From: Nitrospirota bacterium
GTDB lineage: Bacteria > Nitrospirota > Thermodesulfovibrionia > Thermodesulfovibrionales > Dissulfurispiraceae
Assembly (NCBI GenBank): GCA_963710375.1
Contig: CAVPZX010000004.1
Coordinates: 64,001-128,000, forward strand
DNA: 64,000 nucleotides
Reading direction: 5' to 3'
The position numbers and the translations under genes were made by a program. Shown here piece after piece: positions 9,267-18,994 of this stretch (position 1 is its first letter; the number at the start of each line of letters is the position of its first letter). Below the pieces are notes generated by a model. That model did not search any database. It saw only the letters and a list, made by a program, of their open reading frames with translations, and was not told where the DNA came from.

Positions 9267-11480
9267 TTATTCATGAGCCCTTACATGCAATAAAAACTGT
9301 TCTAGTTCTCTTACCGAGTCCGGATTATTGTATAAAACACCATTTCTTTCAAGTATCTTATCACTTATCTGTTTTTTCCATTCCTCATCATTGGCAAGTC
9401 GCACCGCCCGTTGAATATATTGCTCGCTGTCTTTACAGACCAGGTCCATGACACCCATTTTCTTGTAGTAGGCGTAAGTAAAACGGCTTGCCATCCTGCT
9501 GCCGGGCCATGTTACTATCGGACAACCAAATGAAAACACTTCCAGGCTGGTTGTGCCGCCGCAAAAATGAGGGGTATCCAATACCGCATCTGCACTGCTT
9601 ATAAAACTGAGAAAGTCATTAAAATAAAGATGCGGCAAGAAAATTATCCGCTCCGTCACATCCGGAATTGATTGACGGAATCTATCCATAAGCAACTTGC
9701 GCAGGGCCTTCTGTGTGGCTTCGAATAAAATCAGCAAGCCATTTCTGTCACGTCGTAAAATCTCACCTAAGACAGCATCAAAATCCGGATGGAATTTAAA
9801 TAAGGCTTGAGGCACAACATAAAGTCTTCTCTTGTCCGGCAAGCCTACTATTCTTCTAACCTCTCGAGTGCCGGTTAATTCAACGGCATCTGGACGATAA
9901 AAATAGTTCGGTATATTTTTCATTCTAACCAGAGGTTCTGAATATTCAGTTTCAGAGTCCTCTGTTTCAAAATCTTCACAGGATATGAAGTAATCTAAAT
10001 TGGGTATCCCTGTCGTATCGGGGTGCCCCCATGTAACACACTGCACCGGCGCCAATCTCGAGAAAGCAAGAAAATAAGTCAGCGGGTCCATTCCGATGTC
10101 CGTATAAAAAAGTATATCCAGCTCGCACTCAGCGATCTGCTTTCGGGCCATTTCCAGTGCAGGCACAAGCTTCACCGATATGTCAGCATTTTCTTCTATG
10201 AATTGTGCAATGGCGTCAGTTTTCTGTTTACCAAAAAAAACATAAACTTCAAATAATTCACGGGACATGTTTGCGATAACACCCCTGAAATGTTTGCCGA
10301 TTGCAATATTATAAAAATCGCTCGAAATAAAGCCGAGCTTGATTTTTCCAGGCCTCGCAACTTCTTTGCTGTTTTTGCAGTGGGGCGAGACATAAAGCAA
10401 AGAGGGGCAAGCAGTCATATAAAGTTTAGCTATTTTAACCTGCAAGTCCCGGTTGTTGATTCCATGATAGGCCAGGTAAAAATTAGTTTGACCAACATCC
10501 TTAAGAGGATCATTCAAAATATTTCCGGATCGGAGGAAATCCTCTAAGGAATTGTCTAACTGTCTGCGATAGAGTGAGATATTATCTTTGGCAGGCATAA
10601 TTGCAGGCAGCAATGTAGCTAATTTTATTCTGATGCCGTAGTTGTCCTTTAACTCAAGCGCCTTCTGATAGCAAGCTTTAGCTTCCTCAAATTTTCCCAC
10701 CTTGTTGAGAACGTTGCCCAGATTGTTATATGCCTCATGATAATCAGGTTTCAAGGCTATGGCGCGGTTGAAATGGGCAATTGCTTCATCCAGCTTCCCC
10801 TGCTCTTTAAGCGCATTGCCCAAATTGTTGTACGCTTTATAAAAATCAGATTTCAAGGCTATGGCGTTGTTGAAATGGGCGATTGCTTCATCCAATTCCC
10901 CCTGCTCCAGCAATGTTACGCCAAGGTTGTTATGAGCAGCATGATAATCAGGTTTCAGGGCTATGGCGCGGTTAAAATGGACAATTGCTTCATCCAGCTT
11001 TCCCTGCTCTTTAAGCGCATTGCCCAAATTGTTGTGCGCTTGGTAAAAATCAGGGTTCAAGGCTATGGCGTTGTTGAAATGGGCGATTGCTTCATCCGAT
11101 TTCCCCTGCTCCAGCAATGTCACGCCAAGGTTGTTATGAGCCTCATGATAATCAGGTTTCAGGGCTATGGCACGGTTGTAACATGATGTTGCGACATCAG
11201 GCTTATTGAGAGCATGATATATATTTCCGGCAGTATTATGGTACGAAAAAACTGTATTATTTATGCCTATCGCTTTTTCAATTAAATAGACTGCCGCTTC
11301 GTTTTTCCCCATTTGATGCGCAACAAGACCGAGTAAATGTAAAGCATCCGTATTGCCGGGATCTATGCGCAATATCTGCTCGCAAATCGGCACAGACTGT
11401 TTAAGCTCTCCCGCCTGATAGAATTTGAATGCCTTTTGTATGGCGGCAAAAATATTTAAGGACTCATTAGCATTATTCAT
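9267..11480 (-). CDS. TPR-repeat GT41 (OGT/SPINDLY-like) protein glycosyltransferase
   Basis: ~8 TPRs, then RLAPVQCVTWGHPDTTG..DYFIS and LDTPHFCGGTTSLE catalytic-domain motifs. Confidence 0.88.
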   Translation of the reverse strand: MNNANESLNIFAAIQKAFKFYQAGELKQSVPICEQILRIDPGNTDALHLLGLVAHQMGKNEAAVYLIEKAIGINNTVFSYHNTAGNIYHALNKPDVATSCYNRAIALKPDYHEAHNNLGVTLLEQGKSDEAIAHFNNAIALNPDFYQAHNNLGNALKEQGKLDEAIVHFNRAIALKPDYHAAHNNLGVTLLEQGELDEAIAHFNNAIALKSDFYKAYNNLGNALKEQGKLDEAIAHFNRAIALKPDYHEAYNNLGNVLNKVGKFEEAKACYQKALELKDNYGIRIKLATLLPAIMPAKDNISLYRRQLDNSLEDFLRSGNILNDPLKDVGQTNFYLAYHGINNRDLQVKIAKLYMTACPSLLYVSPHCKNSKEVARPGKIKLGFISSDFYNIAIGKHFRGVIANMSRELFEVYVFFGKQKTDAIAQFIEENADISVKLVPALEMARKQIAECELDILFYTDIGMDPLTYFLAFSRLAPVQCVTWGHPDTTGIPNLDYFISCEDFETEDSETEYSEPLVRMKNIPNYFYRPDAVELTGTREVRRIVGLPDKRRLYVVPQALFKFHPDFDAVLGEILRRDRNGLLILFEATQKALRKLLMDRFRQSIPDVTERIIFLPHLYFNDFLSFISSADAVLDTPHFCGGTTSLEVFSFGCPIVTWPGSRMASRFTYAYYKKMGVMDLVCKDSEQYIQRAVRLANDEEWKKQISDKILERNGVLYNNPDSVRELEQFLLHVRAHE
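10735..11178 (-). repeat. Tandem 204-bp (two-TPR) duplication inside the GT41 gene
   Basis: ALKPDYH.AHNNLGVTLLEQG..DEAIAHFNNAIAL..DFY.A.NNLGNALKEQGKLDEAI.HFNRAI repeated near-identically at DNA level. Confidence 0.85.
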
Positions 11481-11605
11481 TTATCAATTGATAATACAGA
11501 GAGAACATATAAATAGGAGAAAGGGTCTAAGGGTGAGTCGATGCAAAAGACTTGTCTCCGATTCACCCTATCCCCGATGCATCAGTATGCCGGCCATCAT
11601 TCTGT

Positions 11606-12094
11606 TTATTCAGCTTTTACAGGGATCTTCTTTGTTTCCGCCACGGCCTTAGCTGTTTTTGGAAGTGTTATGTTGAGCACGCCTTTCTTGAATTTGGCCT
11701 CGACTTTATCTGTTTCTACTTCAACGGGAACCGGAATGGTCCTGCTGAAAGAGCCATAGGAGCGTTCCATGCGGTAATATCCCTTGCCTTTGTCCTCTTT
11801 CTCCTCTTTTTTCTCGCCCCTGATAGACAGGCTGTCCTTGTTCAAAGACACTTCTATGTCCTTTTCTTCCATACCTGGCAATTCAGCTGAAATCCTGATT
11901 TCCTTGTCATTTTCAACAACATCAATATTCGGGCTAAAAACGCCGAGCCGCGATTCAAAGGGCTGAAGATCGAATCCATGCAAGAAATCCTCAAATATGT
12001 CGTCCATACGTCTTTTAATAAGAGCAAAAGGATCGGCCTCGTCACGTTTCACCGGCAAACTCTTGCTTCCAGGGACAATGTCTTTCAATGCCAT
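11606..12094 (-). CDS. Hsp20/alpha-crystallin small heat-shock protein
   Basis: AELPGM, ERSYGSFSRTI, FKKGVLNITLPK. Confidence 0.95.
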   Translation of the reverse strand: MALKDIVPGSKSLPVKRDEADPFALIKRRMDDIFEDFLHGFDLQPFESRLGVFSPNIDVVENDKEIRISAELPGMEEKDIEVSLNKDSLSIRGEKKEEKEDKGKGYYRMERSYGSFSRTIPVPVEVETDKVEAKFKKGVLNITLPKTAKAVAETKKIPVKAE

Positions 12095-12127
12095 GGTAAT
12101 TGCCTCCTTTTTGGGATTGTTGATTCA

Positions 12128-12154
12128 TTAGCACTAACTGAAGGAGAGTACTAA
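12128..12154. promoter_or_regulatory. CIRCE-like HrcA operator upstream of hsp20
   Basis: TTAGCACTA-N9-GAGTACTAA versus consensus TTAGCACTC-N9-GAGTGCTAA; TTGACA lies just upstream on the minus strand (12185-12190). Confidence 0.85.
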
Positions 12155-12205
12155 TAGATAACTTTTATCACAACCTCGCGGACTTGTCAACCGTTTCATC
12201 ATGAT

Positions 12206-12375
12206 GGTAGTGGGTCAGTTTGTTTTTACTCTGTATCAATTAGCCGTTAAATTCAATCACTGGCCTGTATTGAGCATTATCTGTGGTCGCCATTTCTAGA
12301 CATGTGGGCTGGACGTTACCAGCCCACTACTGAGAACCCAGGTGATACAGAGTAAAAACAAACTGACCCACTACC
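12206..12375. mobile_element. MITE family A, copy 2 (perfect TIRs, internal GTGGGCTGG..CCAGCCCAC hairpin)
   Basis: GGTAGTGGGTCAGTTTGTTTTTACTCTGTATCA...TGATACAGAGTAAAAACAAACTGACCCACTACC. Confidence 0.88.
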
Positions 12376-12384
12376 ATCATTCTT

Positions 12385-13902
12385 TCAGGATTTCAGTATC
12401 ATCTGGTTTGTCGATGAACGCGTTTCTCCTATGGAAGTAACGCGTACTGCGGGATAATCATGGATAGGACACTTATTTTCGCAGATTCCGCAGCCTATGC
12501 AAAGATTGGGATCTATGCGGGGCAGCTTCAATATTTTCTTTGCTCCATCTCTGAGTTGCATTTCAACGCTTTGAAACCAAATCGCCTTTGGAGATGTGGG
12601 ACAGACCTCTTCGCAAACGATGCAGTCTATATTCATTGCCCAGGGAAGGCACCTGCCCCTGTCGTAGAATGCTGTGCCTATCTTGAGCGGTTTCTGTCCC
12701 GCAGCCTTTCCTAATTTTTTTTCCACCGTAAGCGGGGTGATAGCACCCGTCGGACATACGTGACTGCAGAGCACACAGTTATATTCACAATACCCTATAT
12801 TGTTAATGAGTACCGGAGTCCAGATACCTTCAAACCCTGCCTCCAGCAGCGCCGGTTGGATCGCATTGGTGGGACAGACCTTCATACACTCGCCGCACTT
12901 AATGCATCTCCGCAGAAAATCCACTTCCTTGATAGAACCGGGAGGTCTTATCACACGGTATTGGGGCGAAGTTTTTGAAGTTATGGTACTACTCATTACA
13001 GGGAAAACAAGCGCTCCTGCAACGGCACTTTCGATTAGTCTGCGCCTGCTCACGTCAAGGGGCATGTGCACGGAACTTGAGATGCTGGAAAGGCCGTAAT
13101 GAATTGCGTCTTCAGGACAGTCCTCAATACAGTTCATGCATAGATGGCATTCGGTAGTCCGTACGGCTGTATGAGGATCACACCCGCCGTGGCAGTGTGC
13201 AAGGCATTTCTTGCAGTCGGTGCAGCGGTCTACATCGCGCCATATACTGAATAGCGGTCTGAAGGAGAGCAGCCCTAAAAGCGCGCCCAGGGGGCATACC
13301 GCGCGGCACCAAAAACGGGGCAGGAACCTGTTTGCAAAAAGGACCGCGAGAAAGATCATTCCAAGAAATGTTCCTCCATGGAAAAGTGGCTGTTTGAGGT
13401 AGAGCCAGCCGCTGTTGTGATTGAGTCCGGGGAATACCGATACAGCAAAAGACCTTGTGATGAGAGGGATGGGATCAAACAGCCCTATCTGGAGGGAACC
13501 GAAAGCCGCAAGGACTCCCAGGACAGCGAGAATATAATATTTGAGACGGTAAAGTGGGCGATAGGAATTGAGCGCCACGGTATCAACCGCCCTTAATTTA
13601 TTGAAAACACTTCCGGCAACCTGATTGATAACCCCCAAAGGGCATATCCAGGAACAGAAGAAACGGCCGAAGAAGAGAGTGCCGATGATAATAAAGAGCG
13701 AAAGGGCAAGTCCCTTGTAGATGGTCCAACTCGTCAAAAAAGATGCTAATGCAACAAGAGGGTCCAGTTCAAGAAACAGCGGCGTCTCATAACCTTTCAA
13801 GCGCCTGAAGCCTGTAACCCAGAGCAGGAGTACAAAGAGCAGAATGAAAAAAACCGCGTAGATTCTTCTGATATTCCTGAGAGTAAGGAGCCCTGCTTTC
13901 AT
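12385..13902 (-). CDS. Membrane polyferredoxin, NapH/MauN + NapG/MauM-type fusion
   Basis: GRFFCSWICPLG and RFWCRAVCPLG, many CxxCxxC..CP motifs, internal SRRRL twin-Arg-like segment, IRPPG. Confidence 0.85.
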   Translation of the reverse strand: MKAGLLTLRNIRRIYAVFFILLFVLLLWVTGFRRLKGYETPLFLELDPLVALASFLTSWTIYKGLALSLFIIIGTLFFGRFFCSWICPLGVINQVAGSVFNKLRAVDTVALNSYRPLYRLKYYILAVLGVLAAFGSLQIGLFDPIPLITRSFAVSVFPGLNHNSGWLYLKQPLFHGGTFLGMIFLAVLFANRFLPRFWCRAVCPLGALLGLLSFRPLFSIWRDVDRCTDCKKCLAHCHGGCDPHTAVRTTECHLCMNCIEDCPEDAIHYGLSSISSSVHMPLDVSRRRLIESAVAGALVFPVMSSTITSKTSPQYRVIRPPGSIKEVDFLRRCIKCGECMKVCPTNAIQPALLEAGFEGIWTPVLINNIGYCEYNCVLCSHVCPTGAITPLTVEKKLGKAAGQKPLKIGTAFYDRGRCLPWAMNIDCIVCEEVCPTSPKAIWFQSVEMQLRDGAKKILKLPRIDPNLCIGCGICENKCPIHDYPAVRVTSIGETRSSTNQMILKS

Positions 13903-14891
13903 ACGTTTATTTCAGCAACGTTGAGGGATTTCCATTCAGAAATCCCAATGCCTCTTTTCTCCGCCATCCAGATAAAAGGTATGTCCTCGACCCGCAGGTC
14001 GAGAAATCTGAGACCGTATGCTTCCACTGCCACAATATCAATTCCCGCGATAACCGTATTCTGGATGGATACGTCTGACAGATTCCCGCCGGTAGGACCG
14101 TTTCTCATGAGCACTCGCGTGGCATCCATGACCGTCAGCGTTGGCCTGATAGCGGAGGCAAGATCAGCGATTGCTGTGTTTATGTCCTGGTGCAGGCGGT
14201 TCCTCTGGCCTCCGAGAGAACCGTAAAGGTTTTTCATCGCCATCGTACATTTGCTCAAAGAGTGCTGTTTCACTATCGGCAGGTTAATAACCTTGTCTGC
14301 CTCGTGATAGAAGCGGCTCACAGGCCATACTTTGAGGGCTTCGCCTTTCAGATCAGTCGGCACAAAGTCATTCTCGGCAGCCAATCTGATCTTTCCGCCG
14401 GCTCTTTTTACACCATCCTCTATACCGGAGCGGGCAAAACACCGGTCAGGATTGTTCACAGAAACATCAGTTACCCAGACCTCGGCAGCCCGTGCCTCAA
14501 GGCAGAGCTTTACTACAGCAGCCACAACAGCCGGATTGGTGTTTGCGGCCTGTTCCGGCTGTCTGTCCCAGGCAGCGTTCGGCTTCAGCAAAACCTTTTC
14601 GCCAGGGCTTACAAAGCGGCCTATGCCGCCGATTCTATCTATGGCAGCCCGAACCATCTTGTCAGCATCTTTGCCCCTTGCCACCGCCAGCTGAGGATAA
14701 ATCTTTTTCTCTTCGACGCGGTAGTCCCTGAAGGTATATATCTTTGAATCGCTCCTTCGCACCGGCTCTTTACTATAAAAAACATACCCCCATGCTCCGG
14801 CAACTGCCGATAGTCCACAGGCGGCAGCAGTCCTCAACAGAAACTGTCTTCTGCTGTACCCCGCTTCTTTTTTGTTAAACTTCGACGTCAT
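13899..14891 (-). CDS. DUF362 domain protein with Tat signal
   Basis: SRRQFL signal; VLLKPN, TNP.VV, INLPIVKQH, AMKNLYG, NGP motifs. Confidence 0.85.
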   Translation of the reverse strand: MTSKFNKKEAGYSRRQFLLRTAAACGLSAVAGAWGYVFYSKEPVRRSDSKIYTFRDYRVEEKKIYPQLAVARGKDADKMVRAAIDRIGGIGRFVSPGEKVLLKPNAAWDRQPEQAANTNPAVVAAVVKLCLEARAAEVWVTDVSVNNPDRCFARSGIEDGVKRAGGKIRLAAENDFVPTDLKGEALKVWPVSRFYHEADKVINLPIVKQHSLSKCTMAMKNLYGSLGGQRNRLHQDINTAIADLASAIRPTLTVMDATRVLMRNGPTGGNLSDVSIQNTVIAGIDIVAVEAYGLRFLDLRVEDIPFIWMAEKRGIGISEWKSLNVAEINV

Positions 14892-14912
14892 AGTATGACC
14901 TCAACGGTTTCT

Positions 14913-15914
14913 TTATTGTTTCACTTTTGCAAAGAATTTCAATGTCCCCTCATCATCGGTCCCAAACAGACCGAAAATCGCACTTTTACCAGGAATCAGA
15001 AACCAGTTGCCCTCATATTTATCTATTACCCTATACGCTTCAATTCCATCTTGTTCGGTCCTCTCATACCTTATGCCGGAATTCTTGAAGTAGTCCATAA
15101 AAGACGCCAAAAGCGACTTCATTTCTTTATCGCTGCCTGTCATGAGCGCCACAGTGATCTTTTTCCCTCCTGTAGAGTACACGCGCTCAATCACGTTATG
15201 GAGGAAATCGAGACCCCGGTAGCTTTCCTTTACAAACCTCGTCTTTTCAACTTTCCCAAGGTCCGGGAATCTGGAGAAGACTTTGTTAAAGGTATCCTGT
15301 CCCGGCGAGAGCGTGTTGCTGAATTCCTTCGCAAATTTAAGCGCAGGGGCCTTTGGATTGTAGGCGTTGACCTTCACGTAATAGCGGCCCTTAATGAAGT
15401 TCACACCTCCAGAGGTCTTGAATCCCATTGTACCCACAGAAACTGCCTGCGAATTATCTCCGGACTCATCTACGAGAACGCCAAAAGCCTGTATGCCTTT
15501 ACCCATGTCATATGTCTCAACCTGTATATCAGGCTGTGAAGTCTTAGATCCTGCCGTGTCATACTCGGTTACTGTAAGCCCCATAAATCCCGCTCCGATA
15601 AAATACTCAGCATGGCCGTCAACGTGCTCGTAGAGATTCTCCTTAGTGTAATGGTTCTCCTCACCCAACAGACGGAAACCCGTAATCTCCGGACTCCCGG
15701 TTTTTGGGTTGGGAATCTCTTTCACAACTTCAGCAGAGATGGTCTTGTCCGCTGGCTGAGGTGGTGAGTTTGCTGCCTGTGGCAGCGTACCCTCGGTCGT
15801 CTTAAAGTCAATCAGGGCGTGGTCATAACTTTGACCCCTGACGTAGAGGATTGCTGCTATGCACGGAAGCAGCCCAAGCAGGACAAGACGGTATATAAGC
15901 GGAACGGAACGCAT
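14913..15914 (-). CDS. Membrane-anchored periplasmic protein (DUF6599-like)
   Basis: N-terminal TM; YTKENLYEHVDGHAEYF, YDMG..QAFG, F.KGRYYVKV. Confidence 0.65.
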   Translation of the reverse strand: MRSVPLIYRLVLLGLLPCIAAILYVRGQSYDHALIDFKTTEGTLPQAANSPPQPADKTISAEVVKEIPNPKTGSPEITGFRLLGEENHYTKENLYEHVDGHAEYFIGAGFMGLTVTEYDTAGSKTSQPDIQVETYDMGKGIQAFGVLVDESGDNSQAVSVGTMGFKTSGGVNFIKGRYYVKVNAYNPKAPALKFAKEFSNTLSPGQDTFNKVFSRFPDLGKVEKTRFVKESYRGLDFLHNVIERVYSTGGKKITVALMTGSDKEMKSLLASFMDYFKNSGIRYERTEQDGIEAYRVIDKYEGNWFLIPGKSAIFGLFGTDDEGTLKFFAKVKQ

Positions 15915-17104
15915 TATGACATAAGCGACATGGACTCATGCGCATCGCACAGCATCTCTTTTACAGAAAGTCCGTAAGGGCATTTCCCGATGCAGGCCGG
16001 TTCATTACATTCTGCACACGCTGCTGCGTTTCTTGTCAGGGACGCATAAGACTGTATCGCCCTTTTCTCCATTCCATAGTCCTTGAAATACATCTGATAT
16101 CTCAAGACCGAGGCAATCTCCACGCCTGCAGGGCACGATACTTCGCACTCGCCGCAGCCTGTTCTGCAGTATAGTTTGCCATATAGTCCGGCATAACGAT
16201 CAAGGACCCTTTGGTCCGCAGAGGTGAATTCTGCACCAGACGCCTTCAGATAAACTTCGAGATCAGAAACCGTTTTCATAGTTATAATGAGGCCGCTCAC
16301 CTCCTGGTGCTTCAGAACCCACTTGAAGGCCGCTTGGGGAAACTCCTCTTCCCTGGCTTCAACCTTCATGTCTTTTGCTCCTGCCAGGGTCTTCATGGCA
16401 ATTACGCCGACCCCCCGCTTGTGGGCCTCTTTCATCACCTCGGGCAACTGCGGAAATTTCATGAAGTTGAAGGATGGCTGGACCACATCGAAATGGCCGG
16501 ACTTGACAGCGGTCATCAGCAGTTCTTCCATGTTATTGGGACCATGGGATGACGTGCCCAGAAAACGGATTTTCCCAGCCTGCTTAAGCGCGGCAACGGC
16601 GGCGAACATCTCTTCGCCGAGAAGCCTTTTTTTCTCTAATTCTATGTCCCTGTTCATCTCGCCGATGGCATGTACAAAGACGAAATCGAGGTAATCTGTA
16701 TTCATCCTCGACAGGCTCCCCTCAACAGCGGCTATGTAATCCTCTTTCTTTGAGCCAAAAGGGAGATGTCCCGGGTAAGGCAAGGGCTTGCAGAATTTAG
16801 ACGTAAGAATGATCTTGTCCCTCTGGATTTTCCCCATTGCTTCGCCGATGGTTTTCTCTGACAGACCGTAATCTGGAGAGGTGTCAAAATAATTGATACC
16901 GCAGTCTACAGCCCTGAGTACCATCGATGCAGCAGAGAGTTTACCGGCGCCGAAGGAGATGTCACTCATTTTCAGGCCGGTTTTACCAATTTTACGATAG
17001 CTTTTGACTGACGGGGTATTCTGAACTGTTTCCGCGCCGAGAGGCCGTGCTGCTGCAGTGGCAGTTGCAATAGCCGCCACCTTGAGAAAATCCCTTCTGT
17101 TCAT
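15914..17104 (-). CDS. Aldo/keto reductase with Tat signal and C-terminal Fe-S cysteine motifs
   Basis: MNRRDFLK start with GGAGG SD; GINYFDTSPDY, TSK, GVIAMK, CRTGCGEC..CP and CAEC...C...CP. Confidence 0.88.
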   Translation of the reverse strand: MNRRDFLKVAAIATATAAARPLGAETVQNTPSVKSYRKIGKTGLKMSDISFGAGKLSAASMVLRAVDCGINYFDTSPDYGLSEKTIGEAMGKIQRDKIILTSKFCKPLPYPGHLPFGSKKEDYIAAVEGSLSRMNTDYLDFVFVHAIGEMNRDIELEKKRLLGEEMFAAVAALKQAGKIRFLGTSSHGPNNMEELLMTAVKSGHFDVVQPSFNFMKFPQLPEVMKEAHKRGVGVIAMKTLAGAKDMKVEAREEEFPQAAFKWVLKHQEVSGLIITMKTVSDLEVYLKASGAEFTSADQRVLDRYAGLYGKLYCRTGCGECEVSCPAGVEIASVLRYQMYFKDYGMEKRAIQSYASLTRNAAACAECNEPACIGKCPYGLSVKEMLCDAHESMSLMS

Positions 17105-17125
17105 AATGAAACCTCCTCTGCTTTT

Positions 17126-17309
17126 TAGGGCTCGCGAATAAATAACTTGCACATTGATGCATCTCAGATTCAGGCTATCTTTGCCCGATCCTCAGTCGCA
17201 AAATCCTCAACGTAGTTGTGCTACGCCTGCGGTTTTGCTCAGTAGGATCAGCCAAATCTGACCCAAATCTGAACGCCTGAATGTACAAGTTATTTATTCG
17301 CGAACCCTA
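17126..17309. mobile_element. MITE family B (~184 bp, ~30-bp TIRs)
   Basis: TAGGGCTCGCGAATAAATAACTTGCACATT...AATGTACAAGTTATTTATTCGCGAACCCTA; central CGTAG..CTACG hairpin. Confidence 0.85.
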
Positions 17310-17367
17310 CCATATTTTTATTTTAGCACAACATAAGAAGGCAAACTATTGGGTCCCATCAAAAGAG

Positions 17368-18717
17368 TCAGCATTTATTTTTCCTGATCTTGTCCAGCCC
17401 GTTTACTATCCATCCAGTAATGCTTTTCCGCCTCAGTTTCACATCGACGCCTTCTATGTCACACATCTCCTGTCCTTTCTTCACAGCGAAAGAAGATGAT
17501 TTTGTCATCGACAGTACCTGGCTAGGGTATACACTCCTGTGTCCGGTCATCATGAAACTGATGACGCATGCAACAGCAGCATAAGGAGCTACTATGGGTC
17601 CGAAGATCTCTACGGCCATAATGCTCGCCGCGATGGGAGTATTAGCAGCTCCGGCCAAAACACTGACCATGCCGATTGCGGCAAAAACCGCGGGGTCCAG
17701 TCCTAATGCCCGACCAAAAATATTGCCTGCCGTCGCCCCGATAAAAAAGATGGGGGTCACGATACCCCCGCTGCCGCCGAAGTTCAAAGTGATCGAGGTA
17801 AAAATCATCTTCATGACCGAGGCAGACCAGGGAATCTTTCCGCCTTCAAGAGCGGTCTGGATGGTGTCCAAACCGAGCCCTAAATAACGTGTAGAAACCA
17901 GGAAGGCCAACCCCACGAGGACAATACCGCCGAGAATGCCCTTATAAGGCATAGGCATCTTAATGTTGTGGCTTATTTTTTTAAGGTAATTCAACAACTC
18001 GATAAACAAAAAAGAGCAGAGGCCGAAGAACAATCCGCCGAGACATACCTTGATGAAGAAGAAGCTGCTGAAGACAGGCACAAAGTTCAGTGAGTGGTGA
18101 AAATATGTAATACCCAAAGAAGATGAGACGTGGTAGCCGACTATTCCGGCAACAAATGAAGGAAGAAGCACATCATAAAGAAGTCCGCCGACAAATAAAA
18201 CCTCCACCCCGAAGATCGCGCCGGCTATGGGTGTGCCGAAAACGGTGGCAAACCCGGCGCTGATGCCGCATATGACTAATCGTCTGCGGTCCCTGTCATC
18301 AAATCTGAGGATATCCGACATAAGAGACGCAAGCCCGGCCCCTATCTGGGCACAGGGGCCTTCTTTCCCTGCAGACCCTCCGGAAGCAATCGTTATGATC
18401 GTCGCAAGCAGCTTCACAGGAACCACGAGAGGATTTATCTTTCCTGAACGTTTGTGTACAGCTTCTATCACCTTCTCCGTCCCATGGCCTTCGGCTTCCG
18501 GCGCAAGATATTTCACTATAATAACGCTTAAGAACATCGCTGCAGGAAGCAGGATAAAATAATATTGGTATCCCTTCGCAAAGTCCATGCTCAGGCCTAG
18601 TAACTTAAGAAATAACGCTGTTGAAAAGCCGACAATAATACCGGTGGCGGAAGCAAGGGAAATCCATTTGCTGATACTGATAAAAAGAATCGAACTTTCG
18701 AGAATCTTTTTCTTCAT
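17368..18717 (-). CDS. ClC family chloride channel / H+ antiporter
   Basis: GHGTE, GSAGKEGP, GGSGGIVTP, ANTP motifs; multiple TMs. Confidence 0.92.
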   Translation of the reverse strand: MKKKILESSILFISISKWISLASATGIIVGFSTALFLKLLGLSMDFAKGYQYYFILLPAAMFLSVIIVKYLAPEAEGHGTEKVIEAVHKRSGKINPLVVPVKLLATIITIASGGSAGKEGPCAQIGAGLASLMSDILRFDDRDRRRLVICGISAGFATVFGTPIAGAIFGVEVLFVGGLLYDVLLPSFVAGIVGYHVSSSLGITYFHHSLNFVPVFSSFFFIKVCLGGLFFGLCSFLFIELLNYLKKISHNIKMPMPYKGILGGIVLVGLAFLVSTRYLGLGLDTIQTALEGGKIPWSASVMKMIFTSITLNFGGSGGIVTPIFFIGATAGNIFGRALGLDPAVFAAIGMVSVLAGAANTPIAASIMAVEIFGPIVAPYAAVACVISFMMTGHRSVYPSQVLSMTKSSSFAVKKGQEMCDIEGVDVKLRRKSITGWIVNGLDKIRKNKC

Positions 18718-18766
18718 TGATATAAGTTTGGACCAACTATCCCGTTATAACCCTCCAGAAAACTGT

Positions 18767-18797
18767 AAGGCTATCGCAGCTTTCGCTGGATAGCCTT
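18767..18797 (-). terminator. Hairpin downstream of tRNA-Met
   Basis: AAGGCTATC...GATAGCCTT inverted repeat enclosing CAGC-TTTC-GCTG. Confidence 0.5.
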
Positions 18798-18817
18798 GAT
18801 ATTCAATCCTTTCTATT

Positions 18818-18894
<77 letters not shown>

Positions 18895-18994
18895 GTCTCT
18901 AAGAATAGCTGAATGAGGAGAAGTATGTCAACGCTGCCCTCTATAACAGCAATCACTTTTGTGGTATGATTGCTGTTGAAAGAAGGAGCGGGTT

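Noticed and set aside
10735..11178. CRISPR-like repeat array
   Set aside because: The repeats are in-frame TPR coding units without unique spacers, and no cas genes are present
15914..17152. AKR start at 17152
   Set aside because: The extension lies within MITE B; the SD and Tat motif support ATG 17104
18720..18815. Fluoride riboswitch upstream of the ClC gene
   Set aside because: No GGCGATGG...CTGATG core; the hairpin is better explained as the tRNA terminator
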